Shown: in pieces, positions 1 through 10,418 of the stretch
How positions within the stretch are numbered: position 1 is the first letter of the stretch
Layout of the letters: every line of letters begins with the position of its first letter
Assembly (NCBI GenBank): GCA_947456625.1
Contig: CANGQJ010000006.1
Location: forward strand, 42,259 to 106,258
From: Bacteroidota bacterium
GTDB taxonomy: Bacteria > Bacteroidota > Bacteroidia > Chitinophagales > Chitinophagaceae
Direction of reading: 5' to 3'
DNA length: 64,000 bases
Program-made: the position numbers and the translations under genes
The notes under the pieces: generated by a model
Database searches by the model: none
Told to the model about the DNA's origin: nothing
Seen by the model: only the letters and a program-made list of their open reading frames with translations

Positions 1-751
1 TTCGGATGAAACTATTTTAGCAGGTTCCAAAGCAAGTGATGCGCAAGCCGACATTCCAAAAAAATATCCAGAGAAAAAAGATTTTTTTGATCGCATATTT
101 GATGCACACGAACCCAATGATTTATTTACTATTAATATAAAAACTGGAAAATTACAAGTAATCCATACCGAGCGAACTTGGCTTGGACATGTTCAGTTTT
201 CCCCTACAAATCCTAGTATACTTATGTTTTGTCACGAGGGGCCTTGGCATAAGCTAGACCGTATTTGGCATATTAATATTAATACCAAAGAAGTGAAATT
301 AATGCACAAGCGAACCATGGATATGGAAATTGCAGGACACGAATGGTTTGCTCCCGACGGAAAAACTATTTGGTTTGATTTACAACAACCAAAAGGCGAA
401 ACCTTTTTTGTAGCAGGAACCAATATTAAAACGGGAGTTGAAAAAAAATATAGGGTTAAGCGTGACGAATGGAGTATCCATTTTAATATATCAGATGATC
501 AAAAAATGTTTTGTGGAGACGGTGGTGATGCAGGCCAAGTTGCAAGAGCTACAAATGGAATGTGGATTTATCATTTTATGCCATTAGGCGACAGTTTAAA
601 AAGTGAAAAATTGGTAAACATGAAACACCAATATTATAAGTTAGAACCCAATGTTCATTTTACACCAAACGGAAAATGGGTAGTATTTAGAGCCAACTTT
701 GAAGGAACTGAAAATGTGTATGCAGTAGAAGTAAAAAAATATACTAACTAA
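1..751 (+). CDS. Oligogalacturonate lyase family protein (PL22), 5'-truncated by window edge
   Basis: Frame is open from base 2 into the 224..751 ORF; WLGHVQFSP..MFCHEGPW, GHEWF and EPNVHFTPNGKWVVF motifs are typical of PL22/Ogl beta-propellers. Confidence 0.85.
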   Translation, partial: SDETILAGSKASDAQADIPKKYPEKKDFFDRIFDAHEPNDLFTINIKTGKLQVIHTERTWLGHVQFSPTNPSILMFCHEGPWHKLDRIWHININTKEVKLMHKRTMDMEIAGHEWFAPDGKTIWFDLQQPKGETFFVAGTNIKTGVEKKYRVKRDEWSIHFNISDDQKMFCGDGGDAGQVARATNGMWIYHFMPLGDSLKSEKLVNMKHQYYKLEPNVHFTPNGKWVVFRANFEGTENVYAVEVKKYTN

Positions 752-788
752 TTTATATTTTCAAACTTAGGTTAATTAATTATAAAGC

Positions 789-3566
789 ATGAAAAAAAGC
801 CTTTTAATATTATTGCTAATTACATCGCAACTCGCATATTCCCAACATTGGCCAGCAACTACTAAGGAAGCAAAACCTTGGACCAGATGGTGGTGGATGG
901 GAAGTGCGGTAGATGAATATGGTTTGGATGATCAATTAAATAGTTTGCATGGTGCAGGTTTTGGTGGTGTTGCCGTAGTTCCAATTTATGGAGCAGTGGG
1001 TTACGAAAATAAATATTTAAAATATTTATCTCCAACTTGGATGAAAGCTTTGGACCATACTACTCAAAAAGCAGCTTCCTTAAATATGGGGGTGGATATT
1101 TCGGTTGGCACTGGGTGGCCCATTGGTGGACCTCAGGTAAGTGAAGCAGAGGCGGCTACTAAATTAATAATACAAAATTACAGCGTTGAAAATAACAGTA
1201 CAATTAATGAAAAAATTATTGCCAAGGACAAACGTGGTATGGTTTTAAATAATGCAATATTAACCGCACTTATTGCTTATGATAATAACGGAAATACAAT
1301 TGACTTAACCAATAAGGTACTTGCCAATGGGACACTTAACTGGACAGCTCAAAATGGAAGTTGGGAATTGTATGCAGCTTTTATTGCAAAAACAGGACAA
1401 AAAGTAAAACGTGCAGCATTTGGTGGTGAAGGTTTAGTGCTAGATCATTTTGCAACCAATTCGGTAGCTCATTATTTTAAATCATTTGATACTGCATTTG
1501 GGAATAGCAATCACGGTGTGAGGTCCTTTTATGATGATAGTTATGAAGTGTTTGATGCCGATTGGACACCACAATTTTTTGATGCATTTTTATTACGAAG
1601 GGGCTATGATTTAAAACCTTATATCAAATATTTGGTTGTCAAAAATGGCGGTGCCATTGCCGCACAAATTAAATCTGATTACAGAGCCACATTAAGTGAT
1701 TTATTACTTGAAAATTTTGCAAATAAATTTACTAAATGGGTGCATTCCAAAAAATCCATGAATACCAATGAGTCCCATGGATCCCCTGGAAATATTTTAG
1801 ACTTATATGCAGCGGTTGATATTCCTGAGGCGGAAATATTTGGAAGTAGCAAGTTTAATTTTCCTGGAATAAGAAGGGATAGTGCTGATATAAGAAATGT
1901 AGATCCCGATCCAATTATGCTACAATTTGCAAGTTCGGCATCGCATGTGATGGGCAAAAAATTAACATCTAATGAAACCTTTACATGGTTAACGGAACAT
2001 TTTAAAACTTCCTGGAGCCAATGTAAACCCGAAGTTGAAAATACTTTTTTAGCAGGGATTAACCATGTATTTTATCACGGCACTACTTATTCTCCTAAAA
2101 CAGCTACTTGGCCAGGATGGTTGTTTTATGCATCGGTTAATTTTGTACCTACCAATACTTTATGGCCACATATTGTTGGATTAAACAATTATGTAACCAG
2201 ATGTCAATTAATTTTACAAAGTGGAAAATCCGATAATGATATTTTAGCGTATTGGCCGGTGTATGATCAGTGGCAAAATGAAGCAGGAATGGATATGCCG
2301 TTTAAAGTGCATAATATAGACGACTGGTTGTATCCTACTGAATTTTATAAAAATATAAAATCATTACAAGCAATTGGATACAGTGCGGACTTTGCTTCTG
2401 ATAAAATGCTGGCAGCTGCAAAAGTAAAAAATGGTTTAGTGCAGGTAACAGAAAAAGGTGCTAGTTATAAAATAGTGTTGGTATCTAGTACAAAATACAT
2501 GCCGCTACCAACGCTGAAAAATATTATAGCATTAGCCCATAGTGGAGCAAAGGTAATTATGCAGTCACTTCCTACTGCAGTTCCAGGATTAAAGGGTGCA
2601 TTAATGCAGGATACTTTAAAACAAATTTTAAATACGCTATCTATACATATAGTAAACAATGAAATTAAGGAAGCTAATATAGGTAAGGGCTCTATAATTA
2701 TAGCAAGCAATGTACAAGCAGCATTAGGATATGCTAAATTACAAGGCGAACAATTATCTCAAAAAGGGTTAAAGTTTATTAGAAGAGCTATTGGATCTGG
2801 CAAATACTATTATATTGTAAATCATACTGCCCATAGCATTAATGAATTTGTAAATTTAAATACCCAAGCAAAACAGGTTTGGATATTAAATCCGCAATCA
2901 GGAACCACTGGTGTAGCTCATTTTGAAGCCGGAACAAACAGTACAAAAGTATTATTACAATTAGCGCCTGGCGAAGCTATTGTAGTACAAACTAGTAATG
3001 TACAAGCCATGCCAAAAAATGTAGTGAATTATACATATGTTCAAAATACAAATACACCAATAGTTTTAAGTAATCCTTGGGATTTGAAATTTTCAAATGG
3101 CGGACCTTTTATTCCAACTAGTAAAACAGTAAGTAAAATAATGCCATGGACTAGTATTTTAGGAGATAGTACTTTATTGTCTTTTTCGGGATCGGGCACC
3201 TACACTACTAAATTTATTTTAACTAGTAAAACTGCAGATGATTACGAGTTGTCTTTAGATAAATTATACGAAAGCGCAAGGATAGTTGTAAACGGAAAAG
3301 AGGCTGGATTAATTTGGAGTATACCGTATAAATTAAATATTGGTAAATACTTACAGCAAGGAACAAACGAAATTAGTATTGAGGTAAATAATTTAATGGC
3401 TAACCGTATTGCTTATATGGATCGTAATAATATAGAGTGGCGAAAATACCATGAAATTAATTTTGTAAACATTGACTATAAACGTTTTGATGCCGCTAAG
3501 TGGAGAACGCAAATATCAGGTTTAGACGGAAATGTTATCATCACACCATTAGTGTATAAAAAATAA
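789..3566 (+). CDS. Alpha-L-rhamnosidase (GH106)
   Basis: Signal peptide; KPWTRWWWMG, GTGWPIGGP, DSYE, GINHVFYHG motifs; C-terminal beta-sandwich. Confidence 0.85.
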   Translation: MKKSLLILLLITSQLAYSQHWPATTKEAKPWTRWWWMGSAVDEYGLDDQLNSLHGAGFGGVAVVPIYGAVGYENKYLKYLSPTWMKALDHTTQKAASLNMGVDISVGTGWPIGGPQVSEAEAATKLIIQNYSVENNSTINEKIIAKDKRGMVLNNAILTALIAYDNNGNTIDLTNKVLANGTLNWTAQNGSWELYAAFIAKTGQKVKRAAFGGEGLVLDHFATNSVAHYFKSFDTAFGNSNHGVRSFYDDSYEVFDADWTPQFFDAFLLRRGYDLKPYIKYLVVKNGGAIAAQIKSDYRATLSDLLLENFANKFTKWVHSKKSMNTNESHGSPGNILDLYAAVDIPEAEIFGSSKFNFPGIRRDSADIRNVDPDPIMLQFASSASHVMGKKLTSNETFTWLTEHFKTSWSQCKPEVENTFLAGINHVFYHGTTYSPKTATWPGWLFYASVNFVPTNTLWPHIVGLNNYVTRCQLILQSGKSDNDILAYWPVYDQWQNEAGMDMPFKVHNIDDWLYPTEFYKNIKSLQAIGYSADFASDKMLAAAKVKNGLVQVTEKGASYKIVLVSSTKYMPLPTLKNIIALAHSGAKVIMQSLPTAVPGLKGALMQDTLKQILNTLSIHIVNNEIKEANIGKGSIIIASNVQAALGYAKLQGEQLSQKGLKFIRRAIGSGKYYYIVNHTAHSINEFVNLNTQAKQVWILNPQSGTTGVAHFEAGTNSTKVLLQLAPGEAIVVQTSNVQAMPKNVVNYTYVQNTNTPIVLSNPWDLKFSNGGPFIPTSKTVSKIMPWTSILGDSTLLSFSGSGTYTTKFILTSKTADDYELSLDKLYESARIVVNGKEAGLIWSIPYKLNIGKYLQQGTNEISIEVNNLMANRIAYMDRNNIEWRKYHEINFVNIDYKRFDAAKWRTQISGLDGNVIITPLVYKK

Positions 3567-3569
3567 TAA

Positions 3570-5000
3570 ATGAAATATAAATTTGGGATTACATTACTTA
3601 TTTGCTTGCAATTTTTTGCTGCAAAAAGTCAAACAGCAGCTGAGTGGGTAAGTAAAGTTGGAGCGCAAAGTTTTCCAACTGGGAATAAAATTTTTAGCGT
3701 TAATAAATATGGAGCTACCGCCGGTGATACGCTACATGTAGCAACTAAAGCAGTACAAGCTGCAATTGACGCCTGCGCGAAAGCAGGGGGCGGTGTAGTT
3801 ACATTTAATCCGGGTGAATATGTATTGGGATCGGTATTTGTAAAATCTAATGTGGAACTTAAAATTGATAAAGGCGTACTTATTTATGGTTCGCAAAATA
3901 TTAAAGATTATCCCGAAATGCAATCACGCATTGCAGGAATTGAAACTACTTGGCCTGCTGCTTTATTTAATGTAATGGACGCTCAAAATGCAGCCATCAC
4001 TGGTGATGGAATTGTGAATGCGCGAGGTAAATTTTGTTGGGATATGTACTGGGAAATGCGCAAGGACTATGACACCAAAGGCTTACGTTGGATTGTGGAC
4101 TACGACGCCAAACGAGTTAGAACTTTGCTTGTTCAAAATTCAAAAAATATTTCCGTTAAAAATATCACCTTAAAAAATGCAGGTTTTTGGACAGTGCAAA
4201 TTTTATATTCCTCTTATGTAAGTATCAATGGCATTATTATTAAAAACAACGAGGATGGACATGGTCCAAGTACGGACGGCATTGATATTGATTCCTCGGA
4301 TTGGGTTTTAGTAGAACATTGTGACATTGATTGTAACGACGATAATTTTTGTATAAAAGCAGGTAGGGATTGGGATGGACTTAGGGTAAATAGGCCTGCC
4401 GAATATATTGTAATACGAGATTGTGTTGCACGCAGAGGGGCTGGATTAGTTACCTTAGGAAGTGAAACCTCGGGCGGCATTAAACACGTACTTGCAACAA
4501 ATTTAGTAGCTAAAAATACAGACAATGGATTAAGGATAAAATCGGCTTTTACAAGAGGTGGTACCATAGAGGATATTTATTTTGAAAACAGTACTTTGGA
4601 TTCGGTGAACAATGCATATCAATTTAACCTTAACTGGTATCCTGCCTATAGTTACTCGGAGCTTCCCAAAGGCTACGATATTAATACCGTGCCGCAACAT
4701 TGGAAATCAATGCTGCAAAAAGTAACTCCAGCCGAAAAAGGCATTCCGCACGCTAAAAATATTTATGTCACTAATGTAAAAGTAACCAATGCGCAAAATG
4801 CATTTGTAGCCAACGGTTATGAGCAATCACTTTTGGAAAATTTTGTGTTTACAAATTGCACGGTAAAAGCAAATTCAATTGGAGCTTTAGAATTTACAAA
4901 GGGATGGAAATTTATAAATACAACTATTGATGTTGACACTAAAAAATTAGCCGCTAAAACGGGAGCTGCAGATGAAAAAAACGAAAGACAAAAAAACTAA
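3570..5000 (+). CDS. GH28 polygalacturonase/rhamnogalacturonase-family glycoside hydrolase
   Basis: STDGID, DDN, GSE and RIK catalytic motifs of GH28; signal peptide. Confidence 0.9.
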   Translation: MKYKFGITLLICLQFFAAKSQTAAEWVSKVGAQSFPTGNKIFSVNKYGATAGDTLHVATKAVQAAIDACAKAGGGVVTFNPGEYVLGSVFVKSNVELKIDKGVLIYGSQNIKDYPEMQSRIAGIETTWPAALFNVMDAQNAAITGDGIVNARGKFCWDMYWEMRKDYDTKGLRWIVDYDAKRVRTLLVQNSKNISVKNITLKNAGFWTVQILYSSYVSINGIIIKNNEDGHGPSTDGIDIDSSDWVLVEHCDIDCNDDNFCIKAGRDWDGLRVNRPAEYIVIRDCVARRGAGLVTLGSETSGGIKHVLATNLVAKNTDNGLRIKSAFTRGGTIEDIYFENSTLDSVNNAYQFNLNWYPAYSYSELPKGYDINTVPQHWKSMLQKVTPAEKGIPHAKNIYVTNVKVTNAQNAFVANGYEQSLLENFVFTNCTVKANSIGALEFTKGWKFINTTIDVDTKKLAAKTGAADEKNERQKN

Positions 5001-5014
5001 TTTAAACTTGCTTT

Positions 5015-5806
5015 ATGAAAATATCATTTACACAAAATAAACTAATATTAGTTGCTGTGGCCGCCATAGTATTAATGTCCTCATTTGTGATATTCAAAGA
5101 CAATAGACCAGTGTTATATATAGTAGGGGATTCAACCGTAAAAAATGGGGATGGCAATGGAAGGGATACTTTATGGGGATGGGGAAGTTTTATGAAGTCC
5201 CATTTTGATACTACTAAATTAGATGTGCAAAATCATGCTATTGGCGGCAGAAGTTCTCGCACTTTTATTACCGATAAAAGATGGGATAGAATATTAAGTA
5301 CTTTAAAAAAGGGAGACTATGTTATCATACAATTTGGACATAACGATGCAAGTCCTTTGGACGACACTGCAAGAGCAAGAGGTACTTTAAAAGGAATACA
5401 AGACGATAGTGTTGAAATTTACAACCCTATTAGAAAAGTAAAAGAGGTGGTGCATTCCTATGGGTGGTATTTACGTAAATATATTAATGAAGCTAAGCAA
5501 GCGGGAGCTATTCCAATTATTTGTTCGCCGGTACCCAGAAATAATTTCACCAATGGCTTAACCAATCGGAGCACCGATTACGCCGTATGGGCTAAGCAAG
5601 TATGTGATCAAACACAAACTTACTTTTTAGATATTCATAATTTAATAGCAGACCAATATGATAAGCTAGGAGAAAAAAATGTGAATGTATTTTTTCCTAA
5701 GGACCATACCCACACTAATTTAGAAGGGGCTTTATTAAATACCCAAGTGGTTATTGATGCTATTCAACAAAATAAAGCAGGTAGCTTAAAAAATTACTTG
5801 AATTAA
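5015..5806 (+). CDS. Rhamnogalacturonan acetylesterase (CE12, SGNH/GDSL)
   Basis: GDSTV, GWG, GGRSSR, QFGHND and DHTH motifs. Confidence 0.9.
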   Translation: MKISFTQNKLILVAVAAIVLMSSFVIFKDNRPVLYIVGDSTVKNGDGNGRDTLWGWGSFMKSHFDTTKLDVQNHAIGGRSSRTFITDKRWDRILSTLKKGDYVIIQFGHNDASPLDDTARARGTLKGIQDDSVEIYNPIRKVKEVVHSYGWYLRKYINEAKQAGAIPIICSPVPRNNFTNGLTNRSTDYAVWAKQVCDQTQTYFLDIHNLIADQYDKLGEKNVNVFFPKDHTHTNLEGALLNTQVVIDAIQQNKAGSLKNYLN

Positions 5807-5833
5807 AATTAGCTTCTATTTAAAACTACAAGT

Positions 5834-6577
5834 TTAAAAACCAATTGAGTTCCCTCCATCCACTGGAAGTATTACACCTGTAATATATTTTGCAGCGTCC
5901 GAAGCTAAAAATAAAGCAGTAGTTCCAATATCTTTTGGCTCACCCAAATAACCCATTGGTGTCCTCCCCAATGCTTTATTTTTTCGTTCTGGATCGTTGT
6001 TTAAAGCCTTCGCGCTCATTTCGGTGGCAATAAATCCGGGCGCAATACAGTTTACTCTAATTCCATTAGGGGAAAGTTCAACGGCCATAGCCCTTGTCAT
6101 AGACTCTATAGCGCCTTTGGATGCACTATATGCAATTACTTTAGGAATACCATATTGCGATGCCATAGAACTAATATTTACAATGGATCCTTTTTTATTG
6201 GGCAACATATATTTTACAACCTCTCTTGACAACGAAAAGATAGACTGTACATTGGTTTCAATAATATTATCAAAGTCCTCGTCGCTTACTTCAATAAGAG
6301 GCTTTTTCATATTAATACCAGCATTGTTTACTAATATGTCAATGCCGCCATGTTTTTTTACTAATTTTTTGATGAAAGCAGGAATTCCTTTTCTGTCTTT
6401 TAAATCAAAAGCTTGAATATCACATCCATCGCCTAACTTTTGTTTTACTGCTTTTAATTTTTTAGTATCACGACCTATAATAATGGTCGTAATTTTATTT
6501 TTTACAAAAGTTTCTGCAATGGCAAGACCAATGCCAGAAGCGCCTCCTGTTACAATTGCTACGGGTTTGTTTTTCAT
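5834..6577 (-). CDS. SDR family oxidoreductase (gluconate 5-dehydrogenase/KduD-like)
   Basis: TGGASGIG, NNAG and YSASK motifs; directly downstream of GH67. Confidence 0.85.
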   Translation of the reverse strand: MKNKPVAIVTGGASGIGLAIAETFVKNKITTIIIGRDTKKLKAVKQKLGDGCDIQAFDLKDRKGIPAFIKKLVKKHGGIDILVNNAGINMKKPLIEVSDEDFDNIIETNVQSIFSLSREVVKYMLPNKKGSIVNISSMASQYGIPKVIAYSASKGAIESMTRAMAVELSPNGIRVNCIAPGFIATEMSAKALNNDPERKNKALGRTPMGYLGEPKDIGTTALFLASDAAKYITGVILPVDGGNSIGF

Positions 6578-6586
6578 AATACTTTA

Positions 6587-8707
6587 TTATTTTCCATTGC
6601 CAGGGGCAAATGGGAAGTTAAGTGATTGATAATATTTTAAATTATATTTTGCTTTAGGATAATTATTTGGAAAGGGTTGTTTGCTAAAGGTTTGAAAATA
6701 CAATAAGCAAGCGTCTCTCCACCAAATAGCATCGTGTAATTGAATGGCTAGTAATTGATTTATTGGTTCAAAATCATCAGGATTTATTTTGGATTGCAAT
6801 CCCTTCCATTGTTGGTTCATTTTTTCAACACCGCTTACACCTTGGTTGTACTCATAACAAAGTTCATTCCATAAATTATTCCCAGATTTCATTTTATGAT
6901 TCCAGCTTACATGGTGAAACCATAATAAATATTTTTCATCACAACTATTACTATCACTCCATTGTTTTTGAACCCAAGGATCATACTGCGCTACAGCATT
7001 GCTTCCACTTGCAGACCTATTAAAGCCAATACCCAATGTATCGCTGCGGTGGTAATAAACTGGGTTCCAGTCGGCTCTGGATAAAGTATTCCCCCAAGGC
7101 ATTGGTCCATAATGATGCCCATTACCCATAATATGATGTAGGCCTAAGGGCGTCATATACTTCACCATATTTTCATAGGAAGACATCATTATATTTTGAA
7201 TGGTATCCACTACTTGTTTTTCCTGTGACCAGGTTTGTTGTATCCATTCGTTTGCAATATCACTTGCACTTAAATGTAAATTCCAAGCAAGCCTTCCATA
7301 GGCGTACCAATTGGCTTGTGCAAAAGGATGACCACACCAATTCACATCGTTTCCAATATTAGCAACACCACTCATGCCACTTAGTGCGTTTTCTTTATTT
7401 TCTAAAACATCCATCACCGTTTTAGACGCGTTAATTTTACTTTCTAAAATTTCTTTAAACATAGGGCCTTCATAAACCAAATGTGTTGCTTGTCCTAAAT
7501 ATTCTTGTGTGATTTGAAATTCCATCATCACAGGCGTTTTAGGCATTGCACCAAATAGTGGATGAAAAGGTTCTCTTGGTTGAAAATCAATGGGGCCATT
7601 TTTTATTTGTACTAATACATTTTTATTAAACTTACCATCATAAGGGGTAAATTCACTGTAGGCTTGTTTTGCTCTATCATCCGGTTGTTCATTGCTGTAT
7701 ACAAATGCTCTCCAAATAACAATTCCATTATGAGGCGCCACTGCTTCTGCAATCATATTTGCACCGTCGGCATGAGACCTATTATAATTTTGAGGACCTG
7801 GTTGTCCCTCGCTATTTGCTTTTACTAAAAATCCTCCAAAGTCTGGAATGAGATCATAAATTTCATTTGCTTTTTCTTTCCACCAATTTTTCACTTGATC
7901 ATTTAAGGGATCGGCAGTTTTTAATCCACCAATTTCAATAGGTGCCGAAAAACGTGCAGTTAAATAAATTTTAATCCCATAAGGACGAAAAATTTCTGCA
8001 AGTGATTTTACTTTTAATAAATATTCATGTGTTAAAAAAAGTGCGTTGGCATTTACATTGGTAACTACGGTGGCATTTATTCCAATGGATGCATTTGCTC
8101 TTGCATAATCATAATAACGTTTGTCCTTATAGTCGGGTAGGGTATGCCAATTAAAAATAGAAATACCTGCATAACCACGCTCCACGGACCTATTAATATT
8201 ATCCCAATGGTTTAACATTCTAATATTTAGCATTGGCGTACTTGTAATATGTAATGCACTAGGATCCTTTTGCATTTGCATAGCACGAATAAGTTCAAAG
8301 CAACCATACAATAAACCAAATTTACTTTTAGCACTTAAAGTAATAATATTTTTTTGCCCCGCATGAACCGAACTAATTATTTCAAAACCTTCTTGACCAA
8401 TATTTTTATTTGCAGTATCTATTTTAAAAATAAGTTGTGCGTTTTTTTCATTGTCAACAAATTGCGGCGTTGTTCCAATAATTCTTTTACTTGCTAATTT
8501 TAGTTCAGTTTGAACAATGCTAATTGTTTTGTCATTTGAATTTTGCGGCAGATAAATATTTTTAAAAACACTTTGATATTTTACTTGTAAAACAGGGTTG
8601 TTCATTTTTTCATAACCTAGCCAAAGTTCATAACCATTGCTGGCTTCACAATGCTGGGATAAAAACTGAAACAGAATTGCAATAAAGAGAATTCGGAATT
8701 TTATCAT
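6587..8707 (-). CDS. Alpha-glucuronidase (GH67)
   Basis: RMLNHWDN..ERGYAG, KANSEGQPGP, KNGPIDFQPREP and EFQITQEYLG signatures. Confidence 0.95.
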   Translation of the reverse strand: MIKFRILFIAILFQFLSQHCEASNGYELWLGYEKMNNPVLQVKYQSVFKNIYLPQNSNDKTISIVQTELKLASKRIIGTTPQFVDNEKNAQLIFKIDTANKNIGQEGFEIISSVHAGQKNIITLSAKSKFGLLYGCFELIRAMQMQKDPSALHITSTPMLNIRMLNHWDNINRSVERGYAGISIFNWHTLPDYKDKRYYDYARANASIGINATVVTNVNANALFLTHEYLLKVKSLAEIFRPYGIKIYLTARFSAPIEIGGLKTADPLNDQVKNWWKEKANEIYDLIPDFGGFLVKANSEGQPGPQNYNRSHADGANMIAEAVAPHNGIVIWRAFVYSNEQPDDRAKQAYSEFTPYDGKFNKNVLVQIKNGPIDFQPREPFHPLFGAMPKTPVMMEFQITQEYLGQATHLVYEGPMFKEILESKINASKTVMDVLENKENALSGMSGVANIGNDVNWCGHPFAQANWYAYGRLAWNLHLSASDIANEWIQQTWSQEKQVVDTIQNIMMSSYENMVKYMTPLGLHHIMGNGHHYGPMPWGNTLSRADWNPVYYHRSDTLGIGFNRSASGSNAVAQYDPWVQKQWSDSNSCDEKYLLWFHHVSWNHKMKSGNNLWNELCYEYNQGVSGVEKMNQQWKGLQSKINPDDFEPINQLLAIQLHDAIWWRDACLLYFQTFSKQPFPNNYPKAKYNLKYYQSLNFPFAPGNGK

Positions 8708-8819
8708 AATCTTGAATCCTAAATTTTATAAGTTAAAGGACTTTCGTAAAACTAAACATTATGTTTTTATATTGAACTTTGAAATAGAAAATTTTGATAC
8801 CTTCGAAAAAATTTATTTT

Positions 8820-9980
8820 ATGTTACATCAAACTATGCGCTGGTATGGTCCTAACGACATTGTAAGCTTAATGGATATTAGACAAGCTGGTTGTGCAGGT
8901 GTTGTAACAGCACTGCATCAAATTCCGGTGGGGGAGGTTTGGACTACAGAAGAAATTTTAAAAAGAAAAGCACTTATTGAAGCAGCAGGAATGACTTGGA
9001 CTGTGATAGAAAGTTTACCCGTGCACGAGGATATTAAAAAAAGAAATGGTAATTATAAGTTATATATAGACAACTATAAAACAAGCCTTGAAAACCTTGC
9101 AAATTGTGGTTTAAAGGTGGTAACCTATAATTTTATGCCCATTTTGGACTGGCTTAGAACCGATGTGGCTTATGAATTGCCCGATAAAAGTAAGGCCCTT
9201 TATTTTGAGTTTGATAAATTCATGGTTTTTGACCTTTATTTATTAAAACGTCCGGGTGCCGAAAAGGAATATGCCCAAGCCGATTTGGAAAGAGCAAAAA
9301 ATAAGTTCAATGAAATGACGGAGGCAGAAAAACTATATGTTTTTCAAAATTGTTTATTAGGACTTCCAGGATCCAATGAAAGTTTTACTGCTGAACAAAT
9401 TTTAGCCGCATTAAAAACCTATGAAGGAATTGATAAGCAACAATTAAAAGAAAATTTATTTTCATTTTTACGTGAAGTTGTTCCTGTTGCAGCAGCCAAT
9501 GGTTTACAAATGGCTATTCATCCCGACGATCCTCCTTACTCAGTTTTAGGACTTCCAAGAATTGTGAGTAATGAAACGGACTTGTCTGAAATCATTAACT
9601 GTATTGATTCTCCTGCAAATGGACTTTGTTTTTGTACAGGCTCGTTAGGGGCAAGGCCCGATAATGATGTAATTGGAATGATTGAAAAATTTGGTGAACG
9701 AATTCATTTTTTACATTTAAGAAATACAAAGCGTTATGATAACGGAAACTTTTTTGAAGCAGATCATTTAGATGGTGATACCGACATGTATGAGGTGATG
9801 AAAAAAGTGGTACAATTAATGCGTAAAAGAAATATTTCTATTCCAATGAGGCCCGATCATGGGCATCAAATGCTTGATGATTTAAATAAAACTACTTACC
9901 CAGGTTACAGTGCCATTGGAAGGTTAAAAGGCCTTGCCGAATTAAGAGGCTTGGAGCATGGCATTAGTAAAAGTTTGTAA
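8820..9980 (+). CDS. uxuA: Mannonate dehydratase
   Basis: MRWYG, YNFMP, HPDDP, FCTGS and RPDHG motifs; the ATG at 8820 fits the family N-terminus better than the ORF-track start at 8712. Confidence 0.95.
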   Translation: MLHQTMRWYGPNDIVSLMDIRQAGCAGVVTALHQIPVGEVWTTEEILKRKALIEAAGMTWTVIESLPVHEDIKKRNGNYKLYIDNYKTSLENLANCGLKVVTYNFMPILDWLRTDVAYELPDKSKALYFEFDKFMVFDLYLLKRPGAEKEYAQADLERAKNKFNEMTEAEKLYVFQNCLLGLPGSNESFTAEQILAALKTYEGIDKQQLKENLFSFLREVVPVAAANGLQMAIHPDDPPYSVLGLPRIVSNETDLSEIINCIDSPANGLCFCTGSLGARPDNDVIGMIEKFGERIHFLHLRNTKRYDNGNFFEADHLDGDTDMYEVMKKVVQLMRKRNISIPMRPDHGHQMLDDLNKTTYPGYSAIGRLKGLAELRGLEHGISKSL

Positions 9981-10150
9981 TGAAGCAGGGGGTTCTTTTT
10001 TAATAAATCTTCCAAACCATACTGCACTGTGCTGAAGTTATTGTATTCCTAATTTTTATGTTATATAATTGTTAACTTATTGAATTTTAGCTACTTAGGT
10101 AAAATATAGTACGTTTTTCGTAGATTTTTGAACCTCTTTAAGTAGAATTT

Positions 10151-10190
10151 CGCAATCGATTCCGTAAATAAATGAAACCGTTTACATTTG
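10151..10190 (+). promoter_or_regulatory. Candidate susC promoter (-7 TACATTTG, 10183-10190) with two LacI-type operator-like palindromes
   Basis: CGCAATCGATTCCG (10151-10164, one mismatched pair) and TGAAACCGTTTACA (10173-10186, overlapping a TAnnTTTG element); no clear -33 TTTG. Confidence 0.5.
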
Positions 10191-10418
10191 TATATGAGAA
10201 ATTATTTGTTATTTGTTAACGAAAGTTTAAAATCTTTCTGGGATTGCTTGCCATTTATATTAGAAAATACACTTACTTATTGCAAATATGTATTTATGTA
10301 TTGCTATTTTTTGCTCGCCTCCTTGAATTAATTTAATCTTTTATTAATATTATTAATTAAACAATAAACAAAATTTGCTGATTAATTTTTTCTTTTTGAA
10401 CTAAAATAACGAGCCATT

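Noticed and set aside
8712-8819. N-terminal extensions in the ORF track (uxuA; also 22089, 27923, 45452, 47119, 57793, 60525)
   Set aside because: They run through promoter regions or upstream genes; downstream ATGs give family-typical N-termini or signal peptides.
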